DNA from: Phyllobates terribilis
Lineage: Eukaryota
Direction: 5' to 3'
DNA length: 64,000 nt
Assembly: GCF_046119375.1 (NCBI RefSeq)
Contig: NW_027362764.1
Location: 772,644,001-772,708,000 of the forward strand
A program made the translations under genes and the position numbers. Below are positions 1 through 10,852 of this stretch, in pieces (the stretch's first letter is position 1; each line of letters opens with the position of its first letter). The notes beneath the pieces are model-generated. The model was not told the DNA's origin. It saw only the letters and a program-made list of their open reading frames with translations, and ran no database searches.

Positions 1-9
1 TAATGTCCT

Positions 10-240
10 GCATGTAGCTGCTTTCCAGTAAGTGTTTAACTTATCCCAGAGCTGGATTCACATCTTTACAGCCCAGCACTGCTGTAAAAAGACCTCAATG
101 CTGCTACATTCTAATATGTGTTTATCTCACCCCAGAGCTGGATTCACAGCTACACTGCTGTATATTGTCCTCTATGCAGCTGCTTTCTAGCAATGGATTA
201 TCTTACCCCAGAGCTGGATTCACAGCTACACTGCTCAGTA
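10..240. repeat. Three degenerate copies of the ~85-bp 'ccagagctggattcacagctacact' repeat family
   Basis: gagctggattcac recurs at about 49, 135 and 211; same family as the array at 1575-2212 and 6032-6655. Confidence 0.75.
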
Positions 241-597
241 CTGCACGGTAATGACCCCTATGTTGCTTTTAGTGCAGAATATGTGTTACAGAGAGTCAGG
301 TGAGCAAGATCTCCTGTCTGTGTGTGCTGTGTATGGGAGACATCATAACAGCCAGTCTCTACCTACTAGCTCAGAGACGACTGATAATTAAAGCTAGTGC
401 GGGTGTAATAGCGTTGTGTTAGTGGGTACTATCAGAGGAGTGGACTGACACCTTTTGCAGATCTGTCATACTGATGGGTTTTCTTAAAGGTAAAGAAAGG
501 AAAATGATGACAAGGTGCAATGCAAACCTCACTGTGCCGCAACATACATTATATTGATGTATTATACCGATATACAGGAGGTTTATTTCTTACTTAC

Positions 598-639
598 TGT
601 CCCGGCCGTCCCCGGTACACCAGGAGGACCAACCGATCC
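598..639 (-). CDS. col22a1: Collagen exon, 42 nt (GSVGPPGVPGTAGT), ending a triple-helical segment
   Basis: ctccttag|GGA...ACA|gtaagt; 14 codons ending in G-T, matching the helix interruption in recalled human GEAGPAGPPGLPGT-TSLF. Confidence 0.85.
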
Positions 640-1005
640 CTAAGGAGCAATGCACAACAGGTCAGTTAATAAAAAGCCGTTTTTATTTTGTAATGTTATT
701 TTTCCTTTAATTATGAGATAACAGATCAACAATAACTCCGTGAAATTGAACCACCAGGTGCCAAACTATCAAGATTTTGAATTTTTTTTGGATTATTGGA
801 CTTGACTGATAGTCAAGAAAATCCAACAGTCTGGAATCACAATGTTCCCCAGGATCAGACAGAACAGAACTTATTGCTAATCGCGTACGACGACGAAGGA
901 GAGGGAGGAATCGATTAATAGTGAATAAGGAGGGGAAAAAGGGAAAACCAATCAGATTATTATAAAAGCGACGTGACACCGACCTCTGCAGTCCTATGTA
1001 AATAC

Positions 1006-1059
1006 CTTATCTCCTTTATCTCCCTTAGGTCCTAACGGCCCGGGAATGCCGCTCTGGCC
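1006..1059 (-). CDS. col22a1: Collagen exon, 54 nt (GQSGIPGPLGPKGDKGDK)
   Basis: ttttaaag|GGC...AAG|gtattt; six Gly-X-Y triplets; aligns to recalled human GEKGELGLPGLKGDRGEK. Confidence 0.87.
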
Positions 1060-1574
1060 CTTTAAAAGTAAAATGGAAATGCATTAGATGTAAGTATCTG
1101 TTCACACATCCAGTTGTTATCTCAGTTGTTGGGATCTTAAAATGATAAATAAAACATTCCAGTACAGGATCCATTCATTTTAATGGGAGCAGAAGCATCT
1201 TGTCTTCAGTTTTGCCTTCTTTCCCGCGATCTATTTTTTTTAGCTGGGTCTGTTGTCTGCGCAACTTTTGTCCGTCCGAAAAAAAAAGGATCCGTATTTA
1301 TAACAATGAAGTCTGCAGCAAACAGATGCGCCATGTCATCCATTATTTCCATTATTAACGGATCCCGTTTTTATCACAGTTCATGTCCAGAATAGTAGAA
1401 GCGCTCAGAGACGAACGCAAAAAATGCAAGTAAAAATGCATCCGAAATGCCCGTACAAATGTGTCAAAAAACGTGCAGAATTTTTACTGCGAGTGTTTTT
1501 TAGTGCAGACAAATCTGATGCAAATTCTCAGTACTGCTGTATAGTGTCCTCCATGCTGTTGCTTTCTCCTAAGT

Positions 1575-2212
1575 ATTTATCTCACCCAGAGCTGGATTCA
1601 CAGCTACACTACTAAACACTCATGCATAATGTTCTACTTTCTGCTACTTTCTGGTAAGTGTTTATCTCACCAAAAATCATCATTCACAGCTACACTAATA
1701 AATAACCATGCATAATGTTTTCCTTCCTGCTAGTGTTTACATTACCCAGAGTGGGATTCACAGCTACACTACTAAATAATCATGCATAATGGTCTCCTTG
1801 CTGCTACTTTCTAGTAAGTGTTTCTGACCCAGAGCTGAATTCACAGCTACACTACTAAATATTTATGCATAATATTCTCCTTCTTGCTACTTTCTAGCAA
1901 GTGTTTATCTCACCCACAGTGGGATTCACAGCTACACTACTAAACACTCATGCATAATGTTCTACTTTCTGCTACTTTCTAGTAAGTGTTTATCTCACCA
2001 AAATCTGGATTCACAGCTACACTAATAATTAACCATGCATAATGTTTTCCTTTCTGCTACTTTCTAGTAAGTGTTTATCTCACCCAGAGCTGGATTCACA
2101 GCAACACTAATAAATAATCATGCATAATGTTCTCCTTGCTGCTACTTTCTAGCAAGTGTTTATCTCACTCAGAGCTGGATTCACAGCTAAAAAAGTAAAT
2201 ACTTATGCATAA
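1575..2212. repeat. ~85-bp tandem array, left part (about 7.5 units)
   Basis: The cagc of the (ca)cagctacact marker falls at 1601, 1687, 1761, 1844, 1929, 2014, 2099, 2184. Confidence 0.9.
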
Positions 2213-5200
2213 CTAGATGGTGGCCCGATTCTAATGCATCGGGTATTCTAGAATAGGTATGCGGCCGACCGGGTGCAATCAGCAGAGCTGTGTTTAAATT
2301 TGGGGCCAAAATCGCTGATTGGTCGCGTTCGGCAACCGCGACCAATCAGCAAAGCGGTGTTTAAATTTGGCGGCAATATCGATGATTGGTCGCGGGCGGC
2401 GGCCGCGACCAATCAGCGAACCGTGTTAGTGAGGACTGGAGAGCATGTTTAAATTTGGCACCAAAACCGCTAATTAGTCGCGACCAATCAGCAGAGCGGT
2501 GTTTAAATTTGGCGCCAATACTGCTGACTGGTCGCGGCCGCCGACCGCGACCAATCAGCAGAGCGATGTAGAGCGGGGTTTAAATTTGGCGCCAAAATTG
2601 CTGATTGGTCGCCAGCCGCGACCAAACAGCAGAGCGTTGTTTAAATTTGGCGCCAAAATCGCTGATTGGTCGAGGCCGGCGACCGCGACCAATCAGCAGA
2701 GCGTTGTTTAAATTTGGCGCCAATCTCGCTGATTGGTCGCGGATGGCGGCCGCGACCAATCAGCAGTGCGGTGTTTAAATTTGGCACCAAAATCGCTGAT
2801 TAGTCGCGACCGCGACCAATCAGCAGAGCGGTGTTTAAATTTGGCACAAAAAGCGCAGATTGGTCGCGGCCGGTGGTTGCGACCAATCAGCAGAGTGAGG
2901 TTTACATTTGGCGCCAATACTGCTGATTGGTCACGGCCGACAACCGCGACTAAACAGCAGAGCGGTGTTTAAATTTGGTGCCAATCTCGCTGATTGTTCG
3001 CGGCTGGCGGCCGCGACCAATCAGCAGACCAGGGTTTAAATTTGGCACCAATAATGCTGATGGGTCGCAGCCGGCGACCGCGACCAATCAGCAGAGCGGG
3101 GTTTACATTTGGCGCCAATACTGCTGACTGGTCACGGCCGACAGCCGCGACCAATCAGCAGAGCGGTGTTTAAATTTTGTGCCAATACTGCTGATTGATC
3201 TCTGCCAGCGACCGCGATCAATCAGCAGAGCGTTGCTTAAATTTGGCGCCAATCTCGTTGATTGGTCGCGGCTGGAGTCCGCAACCAATCAGCAGAGCGT
3301 TGTTTAAATTTGGCGCCAATATCGCTGATTGGACGCGTCCGGCGTCCGCGTCCAATCAGCACAGCAGTTTTTAAATGTGGCGGCAAGATCGGTGATTGGT
3401 CGCGGCCGCTATTTAAATGTGGCGCCCAAATCGGTGATTGGTTGCGGGCAGCGGCCGCGACCAATCAGCAGAGCGGTGTTTAACTTTAGCGCCAAGATCA
3501 CTGATTGGTCGGGTGTGGAGAGCGCGACCAATCAGCAAATCGTATTGGTGAGGAGCGGGGAGCGGAATCGTATTAGTGAGGACCGGGGAGCGCCGCTGCC
3601 TGTGCGGATACTTCCGCTGCGAGAACCCGGGACATGAGCGGGCGCTCGGAGCAGAAGTATCCCGACCCGCAGCGCCGCTCCCCGGTCCTCCCTTCACACC
3701 CTAGCCGCTGATGTCCCCACAGTATCCGCATGGTGTTACAAAGGTCCGGACATTTGTGTTAAAAATCGCTGATTGGTAGCTGGCGCTGCTCGCGACCAAT
3801 CACCGATTTGGGCGCCAAATTTAAATATCGGCCGCGACCAATCACCGATCTTGGCTCCACATTTAAACACCGCTGTGCTGATTGGTCGCCGACGCTGGGC
3901 GCGACCAATCACCGATCTTGGCGGCAAATTCAAACACCGCTGTGCTGATTGGTCGCCGACGCTGTGGCCGAACAATCACCGATTTTGGCGGCACATTTAA
4001 ATAGCATCCGCGACCAATCAGTACAGCGGTGTTTAAATGTGGAGCCAAGATCGGTGATTGGTCGCGGCCGATATTTAAATTTGGCGCCCAAATCGGTGAT
4101 TGGTCGCGGGCAGCGCCAGCGACCAATCAGCGATTTTTAACACAAATGTCAGGACCTTTGTAACACCATGCGGATACTGTGGGGACATCAGCGGCTAGGG
4201 TGTGAAGGGAGGACCGAGGAGCAGCGCTGTGGGTCGGGATACTTCTGCTGCGAGCGCTCGCTCATGTCCCGGGTTCTCGGAGCGGAAGTATCCGCACAGG
4301 CAGCTGCGCTGACATCCATGCGGCTAGGGCGTGAAGGGAGGACCGGGGAGCGGCGCTGACATCCAATTGGTCGAGGCCGCTATTTGAATGTGGCGCCCAA
4401 ATCGGTGATTGGTCGCGGGCAGCGTCCGCGACCAATCAGCACCGTAGTGTTTAACTTTTGTGGCAAGATCCGTGATTGGTCGTGGGCCAAGACCGCGACC
4501 AATCACCGATTTGTGTGGCACTTTTAAATAGCGTCCGCGACCAATTGGATGTCAGCGCCGCTCCCCGGTCCTCCCTTCACGCCCTAGCCGCATGGATGTC
4601 AGCGGCGCTGCTTGTGCGGATACTTCCGCTCCGAGCACCCGGGACATGAGCGGGCGCTCGCAGCAGAAGTATCCCGACCTGCAGCGCCGCTCCCCGGTCC
4701 TCCCTTCACACCCTAGCCGCTGATCTCCCCACAGTATCCGCATGGTGTTACAAAGCTCCGGACATTTGTGTTAAAAATCGCTGATTGGTCGCTGGCGCTG
4801 CCCGCGACCAATCACCGATTTGGGCGCCAAGTTTAAATATCGGCCGCGACCAATCACCGATCTTGGCTCCACATTTAAACACCGCTGTACTGATTGTTCG
4901 CGGCCGATATTTAAATTTGGCGCCCAAATAGGTGATTGGTCGCGGGCAGCGCCAGCGACCAATCAGCGATTTTTAACACAAATTTCCGGACCTTTGTAAC
5001 ACCATGCGGATACTGTGGGGACATCAGCGGCTAGGGTGTGAAGGGAGGATCGGGGAGCGGCGCTGCGGGTCGGGATACTTCTGCTGCGGGCGCCCGCTCA
5101 TGTCCCGGGTTCTTGCAGCGGAAGTATCCGCACAGGCAGCGACGCTGACATCCAATTGGTCGCGGACGCTATTTAAAATTGCCGCACAAATCGGTGATTG

Positions 5201-6031
5201 GTCGCTGTCTTGGCCCGCGACCAATGACTGATCTTGGCGCCAAAGTTAAACACTATTGTGCTGATTGGTCGCGGACGCTGACCGCGACCAATCACCGATT
5301 TGGGCGCCAAATTTAAATATCGGCCGCGACCAATCACCGATTTGGGCGCCAAATTTAAATATCGGCCGCGACCAATCACCGATCTTGGCTCCACATTTAA
5401 ACACCGCTGTGGTGATTGGTCGCGGCCGATATTTAAATTTGGCGCCCAAATCGGTGATTGGTCGCGGGCAGCGTCGGCGACCAATCAGCACAGCGGTGTT
5501 TAAGCTTTGCGCTAAGATCAGTGATTGGTCGGGTCCGAAGACCGCGACCAATCATCGAATCGTCTTGGTGAGGACTGGGGAGAGCGCTGCCAGTGCGGCT
5601 ACTTACGCTGCGAGAACCCGGGACATCGCGGGCGCTCGCAGGAGAAGTATCCCGACCCGCAGCGCTGGTCCCCGGTCCTCCCTTCCGCATGGAGGTCAGC
5701 GGCGCCGGCGGTCCTTCCGCTGCTACCGGCCGGGAGATGAGCGCCTCGCGCCGCTCATCTCCCGGCTGCATCTCAGTCCCGCAGATGGGTCCGGCGGTCG
5801 GGTTCCTTCTGCTGTTGCCGGCCGGGAGATGAGCGCCTCGCGCCGGTCATCTCCCGGCTGCATCGCCGCTCAGCTCCGTCCCGCAGATGAGCCGCTAACG
5901 GCCGCCATCTTTTTTTAGAAATCCCCCGGCGCTGATTGGCCGCTGCCGGACCAATGAGCGACGCTGGATTTCCTGGACAGACAGACACACAGACAGACAG
6001 ACAGACGGGATAAGACGATTATATATATAGA
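2213..6031 (-). mobile_element. Non-autonomous Helitron (3819 bp), no RepHel ORF
   Basis: Minus strand starts TCTATATATATAATCG (6031) and ends CTAG (2213). Hairpin cccgat-8nt-atcggg (2224-2243) lies 11 nt from the 3' end. Inserted between A and T with no TSD: the flanks rejoin as gcataa|tgttctcc, the host repeat sequence. (GACA)n tract near the 5' end at about 5976-6006. Confidence 0.92.
2275..3540. repeat. 67-bp GC/CpG-rich tandem repeat inside the Helitron; each unit has a 13-bp inverted repeat (gcgaccaatcagc / gctgattggtcgc)
   Basis: ttaaatttgg at 2641, 2708, 2775 (period 67); roughly 19 units. Degenerate units of both orientations continue to about 5560. Confidence 0.9.
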
Positions 6032-6655
6032 TGTTCTCCTTTCTGCTACTTTCTAGTAAGTTTTTAGCTCACGCAGAGTGGGATTCACAGCTACACTAAT
6101 AAATATTCATGCATAATATTCTCCTTGCTGCTACTTTCTAGTAAGTGTTCATCTCACCCAGAGTGGGATTCACAGCTACAATAATAATCATGTATAATGC
6201 TCTTGCTGCTACTTTCTAGTAAGTGTTTATCTCACCCAGAGCTGGAATCACAGCTATACTACTAAGTACGCATGTATAATGGTCTCCTTGCTGCTACTTT
6301 CTAGCGTTTCTCACCCAGAGCTGGATTCACAGCTACACTACTAAATACTTATGCATAATGTTCTCCTACTAATAATGATAATAAAACTACTTCTATTACT
6401 ATTATAAAAATACATAATAATATAATAATAAAAAAGGTGTATTTTTTTACAGTGAGCATTTTTAGTGCAGACAAGTCTGATGCAAATTCTCAGTACTACT
6501 GTATAGTGTCCTTGATGCTGTTGCTTTCTGCTAAGCATTTATCTAACCAAGAGCCGGATTCACAGCTACTCTACTAAACACTCATGCATAACTTTCTCCT
6601 TTCTGTTACTTTCTAGTAAGTGTTTAGCTCACCCAGAGCTGGATTCACAGATACA
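6032..6655. repeat. ~85-bp tandem array, right part (continues after the Helitron, interrupted at about 6363-6530)
   Basis: Same unit resumes exactly at tgttctcctttctgctactttctagtaag. Confidence 0.88.
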
Positions 6656-6669
6656 TTGCTCTTATAGTA

Positions 6670-7260
6670 TACCCTTATAGTAAAAATAATAATAATGTTA
6701 ATTGTAATTATAACAAAAATAAATAACAATATTACTACAGCCCTTCCTCCTCTAAAATGGTTACTACTATAACAAATATTACTGCTGCTGCTATTAGTAA
6801 TGTATCACAATAGCACAAAAATATTATAAAAATATAAATACTAATAATAATTACTAATAATAATAATAGTAATACAGCTCCTCCTATTACTACTACCAAT
6901 AATACAAAAGCCTCAACCTTAGCAGGAAAAAGAATAATATTAATAGAAAATGTAAAGCAATAATACAGCTAGAAAATATAAACCCAACTTCAGTACTTTT
7001 TACGCTACTAAAATAAAAAAAAATAAATAACTAGCACAGCTCCTCCTACTAATAATGATAATAAAACTACTACTATAAAGATATATAATAATATAATAAT
7101 AAATTAATATAAATAAATCAATATAAAAATGTAATATTATTATTGGCAATAATAATAGCAATAATAAAAGTACTACAGCTCTTTCTACCGCTAATAAATA
7201 GTAGTACTACTACTAATACAAATAGTACTATTGTAAATAATAATAATAATAATAATGGGT
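6670..7260. repeat. AT-rich low-complexity (AAT/ACT)n region
   Basis: Runs of aataataat and actact; no coding signal. Confidence 0.75.
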
Positions 7261-7296
7261 CTAGAATAAAGGACATTCCTTCCCTTTGGGCGTTAC

Positions 7297-7359
7297 CTGG
7301 TCACCTTTGTCTCCCTTCTTTCCATCCGCTCCTGACAATCCTGAGGAACCGGCTTCACC
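7297..7359 (-). CDS. col22a1: Collagen exon, 63 nt (GEAGSSGLSGADGKKGDKGDQ)
   Basis: tttcttag|GGT...CAG|gtaacg; aligns to recalled human GEAGLPGAPGFPGVRGEKGDQ. Confidence 0.9.
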
Positions 7360-7536
7360 CTAAGAAATAATATTGATCAACGTCATATATATAATAACTA
7401 TTATAAACAATTTGGAGATGGGACATTGATCCAGGGAACTCGTCTGATTGCCGTATGTGGAGCCGGGGAGGAATTTTCCCCCTAATATTGGGCACAAGCA
7501 ATCGGATGATCGCAGCTTCTAGTCTCCTAAGGGGAT

Positions 7537-7668
7537 NNNNNNNNNNNNNNNNNNNNNNNNNNNNNNNNNNNNNNNNNNNNNNNNNNNNNNNNNNNNNNNN
7601 NNNNNNNNNNNNNNNNNNNNNNNNNNNNNNNNNNNNNNNNNNNNNNNNNNNNNNNNNNNNNNNNNNNN
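7537..7668. other. Assembly gap (132 N)
   Basis: Run of N; the true size is unknown. Confidence 1.
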
Positions 7669-8358
7669 CCTTTTGCCCCATTAAAAATAAAACAATTAAA
7701 AAAAATAAAAAATACACATATTTGGTATCGCCGCATACAAAAAAAAGGATTAATCCGATCGATAAACGGCGTAACGAGAAAAAAATGTGAAAACGCCAGA
7801 ATTATGTTTTTATTTTATCTGCCGAAACATTGCAATAAAATGCAATAAAAGGCGATCAAAACATTGTATCTATCCCAAAATAGCATCAATAAAAACGTCA
7901 GCTCAGTGCGCAAAAAAATAAGCCCTCACCCGGCCCCAGATCCCGAAAAATTGGAGACGCTACGGGTCTCAGATTTTTTTTTTTTCACCGCTTAAAATAA
8001 AAAAAAAACCTCTACATGTTTGGTATCTACGAACTCGTAATAACCTGGAGAATAATAATGGCAGGTCAGTTTTATCATTTCGTGAACGTGGTAAATTTAA
8101 AAAAAAAAAAAAAAAAACAATTGTGGAATTACACTTTTTTTTGGCAATTGCACCTCACTTGGAATTTTTTTTCCCCATTTTCCAGTGCACGATATGGTAA
8201 AATCAATGGTGTCGTTCAAAAGTACAACTCGCCCCGCATAAAACAAGCCCTCATACGGCGATGTGGATGGAAAAATAAAAAAAAGTTATGGCTACTGGGA
8301 AAAAGGGGGATGAACAAAAAAACGAAAACGGAAAAACCCAAGGTGGTGAAGGGGTTAA
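7669..8358. mobile_element. End fragment of a non-autonomous piggyBac-like DNA transposon, truncated by the gap
   Basis: Terminates in gaagggg|TTAA (8355-8358), a piggyBac-type end plus target site. AT-rich non-coding body resembles common anuran elements (recognition from memory). Other end not visible. Confidence 0.5.
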
Positions 8359-8871
8359 GCAGACAAATTTGCCATTCAGGACCCTAGAAAAGCTGGGTAA
8401 TGGTGCTTGCCATGATGCTTATTACCCAACTTCCCCAGAACATGATATAACTAGCGATCAGCTGAAGAGGCGCTGGTAGGAAAGGACGACCCCAGACTTA
8501 TATTTATGGGGTAACATATAATTTACCGCCGCTGTCACCGGCTGCTTCCATCTTTCAGGACAGGGCTATTAACAGATTGATTTTCCCAGCCGCTGCTGAC
8601 ATCGCCATTTGCTCCCTGACCCGGGAGAACCATTAACCCTTCGATCAATGGATGGGTTTTATGACACTTTTAATAACAATATATTGATTTTAAAGGAATT
8701 AGAGAGTTTATATGGTAAATATAACGTCCGTGGGTTTGTTCTGATCTTCTACTCTGGCGTCATTCAATATACCTGCCATTACGGCCTCCTTTATATAATG
8801 TGTGGTACTAATTAGAATGTAGTGAAAGAAGTGATGATTCATGTAATTCCATGAAAAAATATAATTTTTAC

Positions 8872-8916
8872 CTTTTCTCCGGGGCGGCCGGACAAACCGC
8901 GCTCACCGGGCTGCCC
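8872..8916 (-). CDS. col22a1: Collagen exon, 45 nt (GQPGERGLSGRPGEK)
   Basis: tattacacag|GGG...AAG|gtaaaa; aligns to recalled human GEIGEQGLAGRPGEK. Confidence 0.9.
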
Positions 8917-9090
8917 CTGTGTAATAAAGGACATCACAATATAAACTAAAATATAAAAGGATAATAAAGGAAATCATAATAATAATTACCAAAAGAATTA
9001 AAACGATAACAAGAATAATAATAAAAGTTGAAACAATTATTACAAATGAGCATCTGCTGCCACCAGGTGGTCATGAATATATTTACAGCT

Positions 9091-9564
9091 AAAGGCACAA
9101 AGCACTTCTCCTCCTCCTTCCATCAAAGTTTTTATCCTTTTACTATATTGCAGTCAATATATTATATAGCACTGTGTACTTACAATTGCTCATTTTGCCT
9201 TTCTACCCAGATAATTCTTCTCTTTTCTCTGCTCTATGTAGAAACAGGAAGTCTCTTGTCCCTGCATAAGCCTTCCCCCTCTTTAACTCCTGACCCAGCT
9301 GCTCCCTTCTCCCCCTGCCAGGGGCTTTTGCAGTGACTCATGACTCATGCAGAGAAAATTGACCTCCTGTTTCTACATAGATCTTAGAAGGATAGTCAGT
9401 TTTTAATCACATGATGTCATAGACCTAATGGAAAAGAGAAGCATTAGCTGGGTAGAAAGGCAAAATGAGCAATTGTAAGTGCACAGTGCTATATAATGTG
9501 ATGATCGCTATAGATTAAGAGGATACACATTTTGATAGGAGGAGGAGGAGGAGTGCTTCTTTAA
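9091..9564. mobile_element. MITE with long imperfect terminal inverted repeats (Kolobok/T2-like)
   Basis: 9161-9227 is the reverse complement of 9431-9497; inner pair ctatgtagaaacagg / cctgtttctacatag; outer agcacttctcctcctcc / ggaggaggagtgctt followed by TTAA at 9561-9564. Confidence 0.75.
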
Positions 9565-9751
9565 TGTTAAAAAATATATATATGGCTCCATTTATTAATG
9601 ATGGAGCAAGTTATTTGGGGATAAAAATAAAATGCTAAATGATACCAACAATAGTTTAAGAGCCACAAGATGGAGACGACTACATTAAGGACAAAGATAT
9701 CATCTACTGCCGGTGCTGTCATCTGAATGGCTGCAGTTGCTTTTCACTTAC

Positions 9752-9805
9752 CCTTGGCCCGGTTGGGCCTATAGATCCATCTAAGCCACGTTCTCCTTGT
9801 TCTCC
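9752..9805 (-). CDS. col22a1: Collagen exon, 54 nt (GEQGERGLDGSIGPTGPR)
   Basis: cattgtag|GGA...AGG|gtaagt; aligns to recalled human GEPGERGEDGLPGKPGLR. Confidence 0.9.
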
Positions 9806-9888
9806 CTACAATGAGAGATGTCATTATGGAATAAGTGATGACTATAAAGTCACATTATTCTAGTATATGTATTCAAATCATAGAAAGT

Positions 9889-10852
9889 AGTATATAGAGG
9901 AGTCACATCTATCTCATTCATACAGCAGTATATATAGAGGAGTCACATCTACCCCATCCATAGAGCAGTATATATAGAGGAGTCACATCTACCCCATCCA
10001 TAGAGCAGTATGTATAGAGGAGTCACATCTACCCCATCCATAGAGCAGTATGCATAGAGGAGTCAGATCTACCCCACCCATAGAGCAGTATGTATAGAGG
10101 AGTCACATCTACCCCATCCATAGAGCAGTATGTATAGAGGAGTCACATCTACCCCATCCATGCAGCAGTATATATAGAGGAGTCACATCTATCCCATCCA
10201 TAGAGCAGTATGTATAGAGGAGTCACATCTACCCCATCCATACAGCAGTATGTATAGAGGAGTCACATCTACCCCACCCATAGAGCAGTATGTATAGAGG
10301 AGTCACATCTACGACATCCATAGATCAGTATGTATAGAGGAGTCACATCTATCCCATCCATAGAGAAGTAGGTATAGAGGAGTCACATCTATCCCATCCA
10401 TAGAGCAGTATGTATAGAGGAGTCACATCTACCCCATCCATAGTGCAGTATGTATAGAGGAGTCACATCTACCCCATCCATACAGCAGTATATATAGAGG
10501 AGTCACATCTATCCCATCCATAGAGAAGTATGTATAGAGGAGTCACATCTATCCCATCCATAGAGAAGTATGTATAGAGGAGTCCCATCTGTCCCATCCA
10601 TAGAGCAGTATGTATAGAGGAGTCACATCTACCCCATCCATAGTGCAGCATGTATAGAGGAGTCACATCTATCCCATCCATAGAGCAGTATGTATAGAGG
10701 AGTCACATCTATCCCATCCATAGAGCAGTATGTATAGAGGAGTCACATCTATCCCATCCATAGAGCAGTATATATAGAGGAATCACATCTACCTCATCCA
10801 TACAGCAGTATGTATAGAGGAGTCACATCTATCCCATCCATAGTGCAGTATA
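9889..10852. repeat. 40-bp minisatellite, left arm (about 24 units)
   Basis: Unit tagagcagtatgtatagaggagtcacatctaccccatcca, period 40. Confidence 0.95.

Noticed and set aside
1095-1490. Possible PIF/Harbinger-type MITE (…gttcacac…); similar traces at 56240-56710 and 60160-60680
   Set aside because: Ends too degraded to demonstrate TIR pairs or TSDs by eye.
707-1615. ORFs 707-979, 1183-1395 and 1424-1615, and similar short ORFs at 8016-9336, 18663-19473 and 59803-61537
   Set aside because: No recognisable domains, low-complexity or TE-derived, and located in introns of the collagen gene.
2386-5988. Dozens of overlapping 60-217 aa ORFs (MVAGAARDQS…, MRILWGHQ…) as captured genes or RepHel
   Set aside because: Products of GC-rich stop-poor repeats on both strands; no HUH Rep or PIF1 helicase motifs.
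7410-7536. Possible 3' fragment of a CR1/other LINE before the gap
   Set aside because: Resembles a common anuran repeat from memory, but it is too short and cut by Ns, so I cannot assign a family.
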